The notes under the pieces are model-generated. The model did no database searches. It had not been told where the DNA came from and saw only the letters and a list, made by a program, of their open reading frames with translations. Both the position numbers and the translations under genes were made by a program. DNA of 64,000 bases from assembly GCF_036321535.1 (NCBI RefSeq), contig NC_087437.1, forward strand, positions 89,840,001 through 89,904,000, given 5' to 3'. Numbering within the stretch: the first letter of the stretch is position 1; each line of letters starts with the position of its first letter. Source of the stretch: Camelus dromedarius. Its lineage: Eukaryota. Below are positions 39,125 to 53,015 of this stretch, in pieces.

Positions 39125-39894
39125 TTCTAAAATAGCTTGAAATACAAAAATTACATACAATAAATTGTACATATTTAAAGCCTGCAATTTAACACCACCC
39201 TCCTGCCTTTCCCTACCTCTACATTTATCCCCAGGCACCACTGATCTTTCTGTTATAGTTGTTTTCCAGAATCTTATAAATTGAATCATATAACATGTGC
39301 TCTATTTTGTCAAGATTCTTTCACTCAACTTAGTAAGCTGAGATTCAACCATGTTGTTGCACTCATTCTCAGATCTTTCCTTTGCATTGCTGAGTAGTAT
39401 TTCTTTGTATGAGTATGCCACAACTTGTTTATCCATTCTCCTCCTCCATTTGGGTTGTTTATAATTCTTGACTATTACAAGTATGGTTGTAATAAAGATT
39501 TATATCCAAGTCTTGTCATGAAAGTGTTTTTGTTTCTCCTGGGTTATTTCCTAGGAGTGAAAAACTTGGACCATATGATAAGAGTGTTTAATTTTTAAAA
39601 TCTTCCAAATGGTTTGCCAAAGAGGTTATAGCATTTTTCATTCCCAGTAGTAGGTTATGGGAGTTCCACTTCCTCCAGACATTCACCAACACTTGCTATG
39701 CTCATTTAGGATATTATAATAGGTATGTAATGGTATTTCACTCTGGTTGCAATTTGCATTTTCCTACTGACAAATGACGTGAAGAATCTATTCATTTGCC
39801 TCTTTACCATCATGTATCTTTTTTGCTAAAGTAACTGTCCAAATCTTTTACATATTTTCAAATGGGGTGTTTGTCTTATCATTGAGTTTTGAGT
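39125..39894 (-). mobile_element. L1 (L1MC/MD-like), ORF2 end plus 3' UTR
   Basis: ccccaggcaccactgatct...ttgctgagtagtatt...tttatccattc...cctaggagtg...tcaccaacactt...aatttgcatttt. Confidence 0.92.
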
Positions 39895-41609
39895 GAAATG
39901 TATACACCTGGTGCCTACTTGAGGCTCATGGTCTACGAGTTCCTATGTTTTAGAACTGCTAGCATTCTGTAAAATCAAGCTGAGGAATCCAAGATTATTG
40001 AAGCTGAAACAAGAAGAGAACTATGCATATCTAAGTCATTCACACATTTTAATTGTATGTTCTCACATTGGCACACTGGTTTATTTTGCTTTGGATTGTC
40101 TTCCTCTTCCAAGAATTAGAAAAAAATAAAACACATCAATATTATTTACTAACCAATCATAACATTTATATACATCCTTTATATACATTTCATCCAAATG
40201 TCCTTTATTTCCTCTTGAATTATATTATTTTTAACAAATCTTTCATTCTTACACAAAACAGAAATCCATTCTATCATTCTTTTTCCTTACCACAATTTTA
40301 ATTACTTCTTTTTCACCATTATTATTTTTATATCCATAATCTTTCATTTCTTTGTTTGCATGTCTCCTAACTTATATAAAGTTAAAGAAGATTGTTAACA
40401 TTATTAATAAAATAAACATTGGCTGGAATAATTACATTTGACTTATTATAATGGCATTCATTTAAGTTTCCCAACTATAAATCATTTTGAATGTTCTAGT
40501 CTATAGGTAAATAATCATAATTAATGATGCTGAAATTCAGTTGACCTAGTAAATGTAATTATCAAATATATATGTATTTTTTTTACTGTATGATATACAA
40601 TGCTATTTTAATTCAGCTGAGGGTTATTTGATGATATATTTGACACCAAATTAAAATTTTCAAAACCAAATTTTTGGTATCATACTTGATTATATAAAAT
40701 GAACATTAAGTGATTTAAAGATTTTAATATTTTAAGTTATTAGTGACCATAATCCATAAATAATTTAAGGCCAAATATTGCTAGCCCTCTAATATTAATT
40801 CTTCTTGGTATAGAAGTTAATGTTCATCATCAAAAACAGTGTCACTAATCACATAAGCCATAAAGATATATGTTGAAGATATATTTCTAAATATTTAATT
40901 AAAAATTCACTAACATTTTAAGGATACCAACTGTTGTCGTTACTTTACAAGTACATGTAAGGCAACTGAGACTGCAAGCATAGCCATCGTTTTTATTTTT
41001 TTCAATATGCACATGATTAATGTTGGCAGAAACTGAAGAAAGACTTGAGGTAAAACTAAAATTTTAGAAAGCACCAATGTAAACTTCAACTGTAGTCTTC
41101 GATGTTAGAAATATATTAGATGCTAAATAGAAGGAACTGTATTGTAATCTGTGAATTTATGCAGCCAGCATTTGGGCTATAATCAACAGCTGCTTATATA
41201 CTTCATGTAGCAGAATGTACATATTTACATGTATAGAGAAGAACTTGAGCTTATGCCTTTAAGGAGAAAACGAATCATAATAAATTTATGTTTAAATCTC
41301 TATAGCCAAATAAAATCATGTGATTGTTTAAACTGAGGCCTCCTATAAAAAACATTATTCTCTATCAGTATGAGATAGGATATCTGAATTGCACAGTGTA
41401 TTTGAATTATTCTGTGGGAGCATGTCTTTAGTCTGTAATTTCATCAAAAAAAAAAAAAAAACCCCAAGCAGCCATTTGCTACAGAGGTGCTAAGACATGT
41501 CTTTATGTATCTTACAACCTAGATTTGGAAGTTTGTGATATCACAGGGAGAACAATCTGAGAGGCAAAGGGGATGTGCCCCTATGACAAACACACTGCCA
41601 TCTTTTAGA

Positions 41610-41765
41610 CCAACGGGTCTCAAACACAGATGCATACAGGGCTCACTGAGGATCCTTTAAAATGAGGATTCTGACTGAATAATTTTGAGGTGCAGATTCT
41701 GCATTTCCAGCAAGATCCCTGGTTTTACCATTTCTGCTTGTAGGGGGCTGTTTTGAATAGCAAGC
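41610..41765. mobile_element. MER5-like hAT-Charlie element
   Basis: gtctcaaac...gattctgactgaata...ttctgcatttccagcaagatccctgg...tttgaatagcaag. Confidence 0.7.
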
Positions 41766-41990
41766 TCCTGATTATGTTCTAGGCACACAAGACTCTGGAG
41801 CTAGCTGTCCAAATGTTTTCCAGCCATTTCAGAACATAAATGGGTCTCTCTTCTGGTTTGCCCACTGTTAAACTAATAGGCAATTGTCTTTAAGGTGTGA
41901 ATGCAGAGTTGACATGTGATTTGGGGTGTCCACACTTTAAAGCAAAGATTTCTCTTACACAAGAGAAATCTAGGGTAGAAAGTGAGTGGC

Positions 41991-42237
41991 CAGGGACCAG
42001 GTACAGCTCTGTGTGCATCACCATGTTAAGTGGAGAATTCAAAGAATCCAAGTATCCTAAATGGAAATCAATGCTTCCAGATCTTTAGGGCAATGCAAAC
42101 GTCAAGGTAATCGATTCAAAAATATTTTAATTTATAGTTTATTAGCATGATTTGTATTTTTAAATATTAAGACCTACTGTATGTAGGTTTCCATTTGTTC
42201 TCTTGGTCCACACCTTGCAAATGTTAGGGTTGGTCTG
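41991..42237. mobile_element. Possible hAT-Tip100-type non-autonomous DNA element
   Basis: Starts caggg; ends ccttgcaaatgttagggttggtctg, resembling Tip100-type termini. No clear TSD. Confidence 0.4.
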
Positions 42238-44569
42238 CAAATAGGTGTGAACATATTATATCATATTTCTCTAGTTATATTCAGGAGAAATGATTCCTAG
42301 GGTTTGCTGAGGAGAGCAGCTCTCTGCTATAGCACACAAGACACACAAGCACACACAGACCCACTAATATTATCACAGATGGAAAAAGTACAGTGATTAC
42401 TTATTCAAAGGGTTTATTCTCTAAGAGACCTCTTGCAGGAGTAAAAAGAAAGACAGTAAATTAGGACATCTGGGTTCTGCTAACATGTCCACTGTTTTCT
42501 CTATAACTGAGGGAATCAAGGATGCAGCTGAAAATATAAAAAAAAACAGTTTTCCTACTGATACCAGGCTGGTTCTTTATTGTCCTGGGCAATCTGAGCA
42601 TTTTGTCATGTTGAATATTACTGTAACTATTCAGTCAAAGAATTTGACCTTCAGAGTCACAAAGGATAAATCAGTCATAATTTGGAAAGCAAACTTTAGC
42701 TTTACGTTTTATTTTTCATGTAATCTTGAAAATATAAACTGGTATAATTTTAAAAGAATGCACAAAAATAAGTGGAGCAGGATCAGTGTGAAGTTATTAG
42801 ATTTCCACTAATGGTTCTATTCATCAAAAGACTCACACAGCTCTACTGCATTCATACTGATTTTAACTTAAAACAGGGAGAGCATCATATAAGCAAATCA
42901 GACAACCATAAAGAACAATATCGTGTGAGGTAATTCCGAATAAATACATTAGGGAATTTTGAGGCTTTTAGATGGAATAGTGAGCTGTCAAAAATATCTT
43001 TCAACCTCTCAACTCTACCTTTTTTGTTCACCCCTGGAAAAAAAAATAGAAAAGTTCAACGATTTAGGATGTATTTCCTCCTAAAATATATTCTATGATC
43101 ATATACACTTGTTGTCTAAGTGGCACTTCGAGTAAAAACAGTTTTATTCTGTTCATATAATTTCACCCACACTGCATAAGTACACTGGGATACTGAACCC
43201 TGCAGCTCTTTCTAAATAACTTTTTGGGGGTTTCTGGTTTTTTCACTTAATCATAAAAAAGAGAAGGCGTTGGCACATATTCAGTAAGACATGAGATTAG
43301 TTTTACATTTGGTCATGTTGTTCCCACCAACCAAAATTTCCTAGACTTGAAGATACTTTTATTTTCTTATAACTCTACCATGATTGTGGAAATTAAATAA
43401 CAAAGGACACAAGAGTCATTAAATGCTCCTTTTGAAACAATACAAAAGAAAGACATGCAAAACTACCTTTAATAAGGCGAAATTCAAGATCTTCTTTGTA
43501 CTAAATACAGAATATGAATTTGGCTTTTATTTTAAATGAAACTTTGGAGTCAATCTAATTTCAGAAATTATGATGAAATTAAGTACAAAATAAAAATATG
43601 TAGTGTTCTTGCAATTTTTACTGTATAAATGATTTTTTAGCTATCTTAAATTATGCATTCAATATATTCAGTGTCATCTGAAAAGATATAAATTAACATT
43701 CTTTTGGTCTCTAAATTCAGTTTGATGAACACCTTCATACATCCCTTAGCTGGAACAAGCTTCCTGTAATGTTCAACAGATAATCTAAGGAAATATGGAA
43801 AATTTCTATTAAAAAATACTATCACTTTGTAAAAATGTGGGGAGATAATCTAATAGATTACTAGAAAGGACTAGATTTCCCTCTATTTAGAAAGGCAAAG
43901 AATTTAAAGATGGACAGATTTTTAAAGAATTATTGTCCTATTCTGGTCAGTTAGTCAAGACTGATCAAATTAACGATTTATGCCCAATCTCTTTTTCTAC
44001 CAAGTACTTTCACCACTTTATTATTCGACATTTTTAGTGCTCACTCACTCCTATAATGGTAAGTGGATGCTGAGGCAGACTGTGACTTTTAGCTGTATCA
44101 TTTAATTTTTCAGCTGAGCTTTAGGTAATAAATCTGTTGTCAGCCTGTCTATTTGTGTCACTCTGAGACACATGAGGAATGAAGCTGTGAGAAAAGCAAA
44201 CCAAAGCACATTCCTTGCTTCCTGGCTAAAAGTAACAGATCAACAGCTAAATAAAAATGCCTGTCTCTTACACATTGCAAAATGCATGTTGAGGTCTCTA
44301 CCACACTTTTCTCAACTTGCAAAAACACACCATTGATACGAGATAAATCAGGTATTTGCAGAAGTCCACTGCTATGTTTTTGCAATGACCTTAACCTGGA
44401 AATTACTAAATAATTAATAAGAAGAAATGGACCAGAACTTAATTGGGAATCCTATAAGCAAAAGATATTTAGTTTTTTTTCTGTGATAATAAGAGGCTAA
44501 ACAGATTGGTAGAGTAGGAAAAAATAATTTTAAAAACTTTCAGAAATTTATCATGAAAATTTGAGGACT

Positions 44570-44670
44570 CATTTGACTCCACTGGTATCAGTTCCATCAC
44601 CTGCAAAATGAAGCAGCCAGTTTTAGATGATTTCTAAGGTTACTTTCAGTTCTAACATGCTATGCTATTT
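44570..44670 (+). mobile_element. MIR3/MIRc fragment
   Basis: tcagttccatcacctgcaaaatgaag...tagatgatttctaaggttactttcagttctaacatgctatg. Confidence 0.7.
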
Positions 44671-45669
44671 TAATGTCATAAATCATACACTGCCTCTCAT
44701 TCACATATATATGACTTAAAGATTATCATTTAGAGAAAGCTTCATATTTAATGTATGCCACTAAATCTGCACTGCAATTCAGTATGTTCATTAAATTTTG
44801 TTATAGATGGAAAATTCTTCAACCTCACTTGCAGCACTTAGCTTAAAAATTAGGTAGAATGTGCTTTCCCAAATATACTTGCAAAAATTGATATCCTTCT
44901 TATCTCTATTAATTTAATTCTGAATGTAATCAGCATGCCTAATGAACTGTAAATCTCACACCTGCCTCTGGACACTATATGGTAACATTCACTCATGATG
45001 CATCTTCTCTTCCATGCGTTCGTTATTAATGTAAATTTTTTATTATCAGTGGCCAGTCATGAAAATCACTACCTATATTTCGGACCCAATGTGACAAAGT
45101 CTATTTTTGTATGCAGTGGTAGAATTTTTCATGACACACTGAGCGTTTATTTACAGGGGCTGTCCAGCATCTAAAAGAGCCCTGTTAACACAAACAAGAC
45201 TTCAGGTTCTTCTCATTTACTGTCTGATGGAAATCGAAGAACAGTATGCATGCCAATGAAGGACCATGAATTTTTCATATATTTTGTTCCTTCTTTACTC
45301 CTTCAAACATCAGTATTCTCTGAAGTAATTACACAGTTCTCTACCAGGAACTTTATTCCCTGAGTGGCAAGAGGCCAAAGGAACATGAGCTGGAACTGCC
45401 CTTTTGATAAGTTTGCACCATTTTTGCAGCCTTGGAAGAATATCATGCTAACTCCAGAAAGCAAGCGATTCATAAATCAATAGAACGAAAAAAGAGCGAG
45501 TGATAATTAGGGAGAGATTTTTGCATTTCTCTAAATTTAAATATTGCCTAAAGCAAAGTCCTAGTAAAATGATATGTAAAATGCTGTGTGTGTATGTATA
45601 TGGGTGTATATACACACCATTTGTCAATTTATATTGCATGGTATATATGACACAATTAGGCCTTTTATA

Positions 45670-45750
45670 ATTATTTATTCACCCTGTCATTCAATAAACA
45701 CGGAGCACACAGAGCACTGACTATATGCTAGATACACTAAGAAACATTGA
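45670..45750 (-). mobile_element. L2 3' tail fragment
   Basis: tcattcaataaaca...gagcactgactatatgctagatacact. Confidence 0.5.
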
Positions 45751-46699
45751 AGAAAATAATCTCACAAAACATTAAGCTCAGCATACTTAAGTTGCTAGAG
45801 ATCAATTGTGTATGGGGTATATAGCTGTTCATAGAGGTATTTTATTTACCTGTTACAATAGAAACAGGTTATTCCTTTTATGAAATTTTAAAGATCAGCC
45901 CTTTATCTTTTCTCTGAAAGAAATTTCATCAAAATTCCACTTCAGCCAAAGATGATTCTCTTAACTTTTATTTAAAATGATTTTTAAAATTATGTATTAC
46001 TCATTTTCTAGAAACATGAAGGATGTTCGTAATTTCACTAATCCACACTGACACCTTCACTTCCTTTATAAAATAGAATGTAAATTCAGGGAGTATTTTG
46101 AATGGATCAAAAGTATTCTTTTTAGGACATTTCCCTGTGTCTAACAAGGGCCTTTGAAAAATTCATCCTCCCATGTTAATAGTAATTGAAAATTTTTCAC
46201 AAGAAAATCTCAGATTCCAAAGGGTTTTTCTTTTCTTTACTATATCTTAAAGTATTTTATGAGTATTTATGTTAACTTACTGCTGATATTAAATGGATTA
46301 TGGTAATTGAGGGTCTTACAAATCATCTGAATTCTTCATGTAGCCAAGTGACTATTTGTCTTACTATTTAAACAATTTACAAATATTCAGTAGAGAGGAA
46401 TGGTACTTAAGAATTTTTCAGGAAGAATAACAAAACCTATGGTTTTTATTCAAATTCCAAAAACAAGGCCAGCTGTCAGCAAGTGATTTCCTAATAGTGG
46501 TTATATAAAAAGCTCAGTGCAGCCCCAGGCAGCCTACAGACACAGTGACTCCCTGACAAATGGCAGCGGTCAGGCTGGGTCTGAGATGGGAAGCAATCCC
46601 TGACTTAATCGGAAAGATTGTCAAAGGCCCTACGATTCCCCCAAAGTGGAAACAGGCATAATACAATCTAGAAATTGGATTCCCTGGAAAAATGCATAA

Positions 46700-46850
46700 G
46701 TCGAGTTAGCAAGGTTATTGTGTACCTATTATGTCCCAATATTGTTCAAGGTGCTCCATAGTATAGAAAATAAATACTGTATTTGTCATGTTCTCCTCCT
46801 GGGAATCTGCAAACTTATTAGAGAGAAAAGACTTACATACATAAGGCAAC
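46700..46850 (-). mobile_element. L2 3'-end fragment
   Basis: ttattgtgtacctattatgtccca...ttcaaggtgct...ctcctgggaatctgcaaactt. Confidence 0.55.
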
Positions 46851-46854
46851 CAGA

Positions 46855-47533
46855 GATCGGCCTCATCTCTCACCACACACACCCAGTTTACTCTGGTCCA
46901 TTCCCACTGGCTTTTCTCCTACTCTTCGATGTGTGATGCTCCTTCTCTCTTCAGATCCTCTGCACATGCTTAGCCTTGTGAACTCTTACTTTTCCATTAG
47001 ATTTCAGTTTAAATATTGCTTTCTAAAAAGGTTTCCCTGACACTTCCCTCCAACAGAATCTAAATTAACCCCTCTAGCTTTCTTCTTTTACAGCACCCTA
47101 TATATTATTTTCCATTGATTTATCACATTTAATATCTATATATTTAATTTAGTGGTTATTGATTTTATATCTGCCTCCCAAACTAATGACATAAGTTCTA
47201 CAAGGGAAGAAATGTGTCTGATTTGTTAGGCATTATATCTGTTAACCTGACATCATGGTTTCTCAGCCTCAGCATGATGGACACGTGGTACCAGATGATC
47301 TTTTGTTGTGGGGGGCTGCTCTTTGCCTGACAGGTTTAGTGGCATCCCTGACCTCTACTCAACAGTTGTCAATAGCCATTCCTCTCAGGTGTAACAAAAA
47401 TATCTCCAGACATTGCCAAATGTCTCTTAGGGGGCAAAACTCTCCTCAGTTGAGATCTACCATCTTATGCTAGTATTCAACACATAATGCACATTTAATA
47501 CATATTTGTTGAATGAGTAAATGAATCAATGAA
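46855..47533 (+). mobile_element. L2 3' region interrupted by MER20
   Basis: ggcctcatctctcaccac...ccactggcttttct...ataagttctacaagggaag; resumes after MER20 with atatttgttgaatgagtaaatgaat. Confidence 0.8.
47254..47462. mobile_element. MER20 (hAT-Charlie), full length
   Basis: tttctcagcctcagca...tttagtggcatccctgacctctactca...aaaaatatctccagacattgccaaatgtc...gggggcaaaa...gttgaga. Confidence 0.93.
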
Positions 47534-47584
47534 CTGATACAGGCATCACACAAACACTAGACCATGTGTGCCAAGGTTAAGTTG

Positions 47585-47695
47585 CCAATTTCATAGGGAT
47601 TTTTATGAGAATTAAGAGATAATGCATGGAAAATATCTGGTCAGTTCCTTGTACATGTTAAACCTTCAGTAAATAACTATTAGCAATATTATTAG
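47585..47695 (+). mobile_element. MIR 3' half
   Basis: tcatagggatttttatgagaattaagagataatgcatggaaa...tcagtaaata. Confidence 0.7.
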
Positions 47696-48589
47696 GAATG
47701 AAATTTATTATCAGGCTATATGGAACAGACATGGACTACTGACCATCATTATGGATTGTTAAGCACAGCAGTATTTTTAGAGGACTGGTCTGACATGGTA
47801 TGTAGGATGATGAAGGGTAAGTACCCCAAGGATTAGTATTAGTAGGAAATGAAAGGTATGGAAACTAGTTAACAATCAGCATGAAATTGGAACCATGAGC
47901 CAGCACTAGTTAAAAGGTACCACTCTAGAAATAGCCTGGGACCTTCACAACTTCTGGGATTAGCTAAGTCCCTTAGACTGAATAAATGAATAAGGTCCTG
48001 AACTAGGATGAGATGCCCACAAAGGTGGTGGTCTCACTCCCTTCACTCATCTGTTACTTTCTGTTTCCTGGCTCACTGCTTACTGAACATCTCCCCTGTG
48101 ACATCAATCTTCCTCCTGTTCTCTGCTTTCAAAGCACCACTCGATTCCCACCTCTCAAAGAAAACTGATCTGACATTATTGGCCTGCATGGATCTCTCAG
48201 ACAGGACTTCTTGTCAATTCCAGGTAGTATGGCAAATCATTGTCTAACATCCTTCTGCATTATCCTTTCATTTCTGGTAAGCTCCTGTGAGGCTAGACTT
48301 TGTTTCTGATTTTTTCGAGATATCTAAGTGCAGATGTAGGTATAGAAAGTAATGTTTTCTTTAAAAAATTTATTTTTTACTCTCTTTGTCATAGGGTATT
48401 AAAGGTAGAAAAAAGGCAGAGATCAGGTAGCAGACTCGGCAGAAAATTCATGAATTCCCACTACAACCATCAGAAATATGATTAATCAGATGCTGCTTGT
48501 CTGTCTCCAGTAATGGGAAGATCACTATTTCATCACACCACATTTTTTGGAAGTCTTGTCCTTGATCATTTCTTTTATATATGTAAACA

Positions 48590-48865
48590 TCAACTCTTCA
48601 AGGATGCTTTGTGTAGCTACTCACATCCTGTTCAGAATATCTCCTTAGTGCCCATCCTTTATCACTCAGTCATGCATATCACCCTTTTGAATTTGCAATA
48701 TATTTGCTCAAAAATAGTCTCTTATTTTATGTATATATTTTCCTGTAATCTGTATAAAACATTTCTTAAGACGAGGGATTCACTGTGTTTCTTTTAATCA
48801 TTTTAATTCCACTCTTAGTTTACCTTAACACAGCACAATAAATCTTCAGTAAATATTTATTCTAT
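48590..48865 (+). mobile_element. L2 3'-end fragment
   Basis: tcttaagacgaggga...ccttaacacagcaca...ttcagtaaatattt. Confidence 0.5.
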
Positions 48866-49289
48866 AATTTGAGGTCATTCCCCCAATCATGTTCATGTAA
48901 AATAGCTTCTATTCCCTGTTGTGCTTATCTCTTTGTACCAACCAGCTCTCACTGCATCTGGAGAAATAAATGACACCATAGAGGGAGGGCCTGGGTAAAT
49001 ACTAAGAATGACATAAAGTTGGAAATAATGAAAAAAAAAAGCTAAAAATATATTCACATTCATGCATTATCAAGTATTTGGTTGAATCCAGCCAGATGAC
49101 TATCCCCAAACCTGTAAAATCACTCCTTTGATTAAAAAAAATACACACAACTAAATAAATATATACTGTAGATAGAAGGTTGTTTATAAGTATTTTAACC
49201 AGCAATAAAGTCAATACATAATGAAATAATGAGATAAAACTAAAAAAGTTCATTCAATTTTAGGCCACATTTTTGGGAGTGTCCTATGT

Positions 49290-49640
49290 GGGCCTGAACA
49301 GGGCAGTTATAGTCCCTTGTCCATTGTGCAGACAACATGTGAAAGTTGTATATAATCTAGGATGTCACATTTTTAAGGTAATTTAAAAAAGGACGAGGGA
49401 AGAGGGTGTTCAATGATGAACAGGATGACAAGGAAATGTTAAAGCAACTGGGGATGTCTAACTCAGAAAGATAAGATGCTTGGGAAAAAAGTAGTTTTTA
49501 TGTAGTGGAAGGATTGTCATGGGCAGAGGAATAATACATGCTCTTTATGAATAGACTGTAACAGGTGTAAGTGGATCCTATGGGAAGAAATCAAGTATCA
49601 ACTTGATAGAAGGAAACTATTTGCAATCATCAGTAAGATA
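49290..49640 (+). mobile_element. L3/CR1 LINE fragment (ORF2 3' region)
   Basis: atagtccc...cagacaacatgtgaa...cacatttttaag...gttaaagcaactggggatgtctaactcagaaagataaga...gaaggattgtcatgggcagagg follows the CR1/L3 consensus. Confidence 0.75.
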
Positions 49641-52021
49641 CTCAAGATGGACAATTCTACGTGATCCAGAAATCATTTCACATGGTTTTAACAACTAGCT
49701 TTTAATTCTTACTACTCTGGTCTATGCTGCAATAATCAAAAGTACATTTTTAACAAACAGATAATTTAAGACAAGTTAAAGAAAAAGAAAAACTATTCAT
49801 CTTAAAACAGCATCATATTTTAAAATAATAGACATGGGTTCATTGGGAGATTCTATCATCAAGAGTTTCTTGAGTAACACAGATAGCAGGAGGCAGGGAT
49901 TTTTATGCCAAATAGAATCCCAGCTTTCTATTGGGGTTTGGGAGGGAAGCAGACAAGATGAACATTACACCCTCAGAGTCTAGACTTCTATGATGTAAAA
50001 CTAATTGATTTTAAGGGGACTGTAAGCGTGTTTATTATAAAGGACAGAAGCGCCATGGAGTTAATGGGCTATATTTCAATACTTAGGCACGGAGGCCTCA
50101 TGCAACAGATTTATCCATGGGAATCAGGAAGACATCAAAGCGAGGTGTCTGCTGTGGTGTCAACAGCCACGAGCTGCCTGGTGACTGCTGGCTACCTCGG
50201 TACAAATGAGTGCCGAAAGCCAAATGATACAGTATCTTTTCAAAAAAGGATGGTCTCGCTAATTAGCCTGAAAATGCTGAAAACCTGAGAGTAGTTAAAA
50301 TATGCAGGGATTTCTTTTTTTTTTTCCCCCCAAATTCAAGCCATGAAGATTATTTCCTCTCCATTCCATTTCCTACCCACTAACCAAAACTCACACACAT
50401 AGAAGAACAAATCTACCTTTCTAATAAGAAAGTCCCTTTTACCTCTCAAATTCTTTGATCATATTTAGACAACATTTTGGTCCCAAAGTTACACTGTCTG
50501 TGATTAATGCACGTCCGAGTGTGGATGGTTTCTCCCAACACATCCTATGAAATCCTTCCTTAACTTGCCCTACAGAGACACTCTGATTTGTCCATTTCTT
50601 CTTCTTTATCTCCACCAACAAAAAATTGTTATTAAATAACTACTTTATGCAAAACACTAGACAACAATACCAGGAGAGAGGTGTAAAGCAGAGAATTCTG
50701 TCTGTCTGTATGTGCGTGCATGAGAACAACAGACGGGACAGTACGTATGTGTGCCACTTGGCTTCTAAAATTCAGTTCTCTAATCCATGGTGTAAACACA
50801 GCAGTACTTATATTCACTACTTTTTTCTTTTTACATTTAAATTTCTCATTAAAAAGATATATTGAAAAATGAAAGCATTTTCATAAGAAGTTAAAATAGC
50901 TGTATTTAAAAGTAAAACATGAATTCTAAGGCCAGTGGAAATGTGAGATTCGAAAAACTAAATGAATTTCTGAAATTCTATAAAATATCAATTAAAGTTT
51001 AAATATTATGCGGTAGAAGAGTTAAATATAACCTTAAAAATGGAGATTTGGAACATTCATATCTGGATATGGATAACTCGTTAAATTATTATCACTATGA
51101 GATTTGTTAAAATTTTATATGCCATAATAGTATAAATGAAAAACTGGCATGTGAATACTTTTCCATTTTTCTAGTAGTATGTGGAGTTAAGAGTGAGTCA
51201 AATAACTGAACATTAGTCAGATGTTAGCAAATACTGAGTAAGGTGAAAATAAAATCAACCATGTAGATATTCCTATTTTTGCTATACTCAGGGCAAAACT
51301 TAAGAATGGCCTACCTGTCAAAATCGGGCCCAAAACATAACTGTTCAGTTGTAGGCATAAAGGGCAAACATCTTTTTACAAACAGAAAGTCAACATTTAA
51401 GCACAAAATGTCTCTTATGATGCTTGTAATTCTAGTCACATGAATGACACCAAAGTAGAGCTGTTTTCACCAGGAAGGATATTAATGTGGTGAGAAAGAT
51501 TTTATGATGAACTTTGCAGGCAAATCAATACAAATCATTCCAAAAATACTGGTGGTATCTTACTTGGACATTTTTCTTGCTGAAAGACCATGAAAACCAT
51601 GTTCATCACAAGCAAATTAATGATTTTGCCCTCATCTATTTAAACTATCTCATTTTAATATTTCAAAAACCAAGAAGTCATAGCAAGGAAGTGAAATTAA
51701 ATATAAAAGAAAACAGCTCTCCAGAGCCCAAATATTTCTATAGCAATTTTTCTTCTCTGCTTTATTAATATTCCTGGTGACTTCTTTGAAAGATACCTTA
51801 GAGAGTTTAAAAGATTTCAACTTAGTCAACTGTAATGTAGCTCAAATGTAAAACCTAATAATTCATTCTTTAGAGTCAAAACACAAAATAAAAATAATAA
51901 TTTCTACAACACTATCTGAACTGAAAGCACAATAGAGAACTTTCAAGATAATATAAAATACTAATTTGAGTATAGTAATTAAAATATTCAGCCATAGTTT
52001 TTTTATTTTTTGAAGCTGATA

Positions 52022-52098
52022 TTCTTTTTATTTATTTATTTTTTAATTGAAGTACAGTCAGTTACAATGTGTCAATTTCTGGTGTACAGTATAATGTT
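52022..52098 (-). mobile_element. Very short young L1 3' end (camelid-like)
   Basis: (TTTA)n tail then ttgaagtacagtcagttacaatgtgtcaatttctggtgtacagtataat; same family as 11486-11749. Confidence 0.85.
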
Positions 52099-52439
52099 TA
52101 TAAAGTATTTATTCATTAATTATAATTTTCATTAATCATTTGAGCAATGCATTCCTAATTACAGGAAGATAAAAATTCAGATTATCTTGTTCCAAATTAT
52201 TATTGGCAAACCACTGGTTTTTATTTTTTTTAAATAACATGTGTTTTAGGTTCTTGAGACTGTAATTACCGTAGGATGTCATGGACTTAAAATCACTATG
52301 GGAGAACATCTGTAATCTTTGTATCTCGCTTTACAGTCCTCTTCAGGTCTTTCGTGGGTAATGGGAACGAAAAGGCTCTGAATGATGAGAGCCTGTCCAC
52401 CTCTCCACCCACATCCAGCTGCAGGGCCTGCTTTCCTTT

Positions 52440-53015
52440 GGGCTGCAGGCCCCTTTCTGCTGTCTTGGTTCACCTTCTCCCACCACTGTACCTCTGTACT
52501 GAATGCTCCTGCTGCCTTCCTGTTTAACTCCTCTACACCTTCTACTGTCTTCAAATACCCCCACCCCAGCTGTACTGAGATGTAACTGACTCATTATACC
52601 ACACAAGTATAAGGTGTGCAACATGATGATTTGATACACAGATATATACTGCAAAATGATTACAGTAAGGTTAGTTAACACCTCTCTTACCTCATATAAT
52701 TACCATCATACACCACAACTTTAAAAATCCTTCCTTAATCCTTCAGACTAACTATATGCTGTCATAACACAGAAGACTTTTCCTTCATCGTACTGATAGT
52801 GTGTAGGTTTTTGTTTGTTTAATGTTTATCTTTACGTTTGTGTGTGCGTGTACAATAACTTGGTGCATTTTTGTGTGGGTGCTATATTTTTATTAATATC
52901 TGTCTCCTCTATTAAAATGTAATCTTCCAGAGTACAGGAATCCTTTCTGTTCTCATTGGCTGTTATGTTCCCAACTTAACACTATTCTAGCTCTTATTAG
53001 GAGTTTATTAAATAA
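52440..53015 (+). mobile_element. L2 3' region interrupted by an L1 3' end
   Basis: gctcctgctgccttcctgttt...tcttcaaatac | aatccttccttaatcc...atctgtctcctctatta...cttccagagtacagga. Confidence 0.55.
52567..52705 (-). mobile_element. L1MA8/9-like 3' end
   Basis: cagctgtactgagatgtaactgac...taaggtgtgcaacatgatgatttgata...aaatgattac...gttagttaacac...cctcatataattacc. Confidence 0.85.

Noticed and set aside
46545..46570. CTCF-like ctgacaaatggcagc
   Set aside because: Several mismatches in the 5' core, including the conserved AG.
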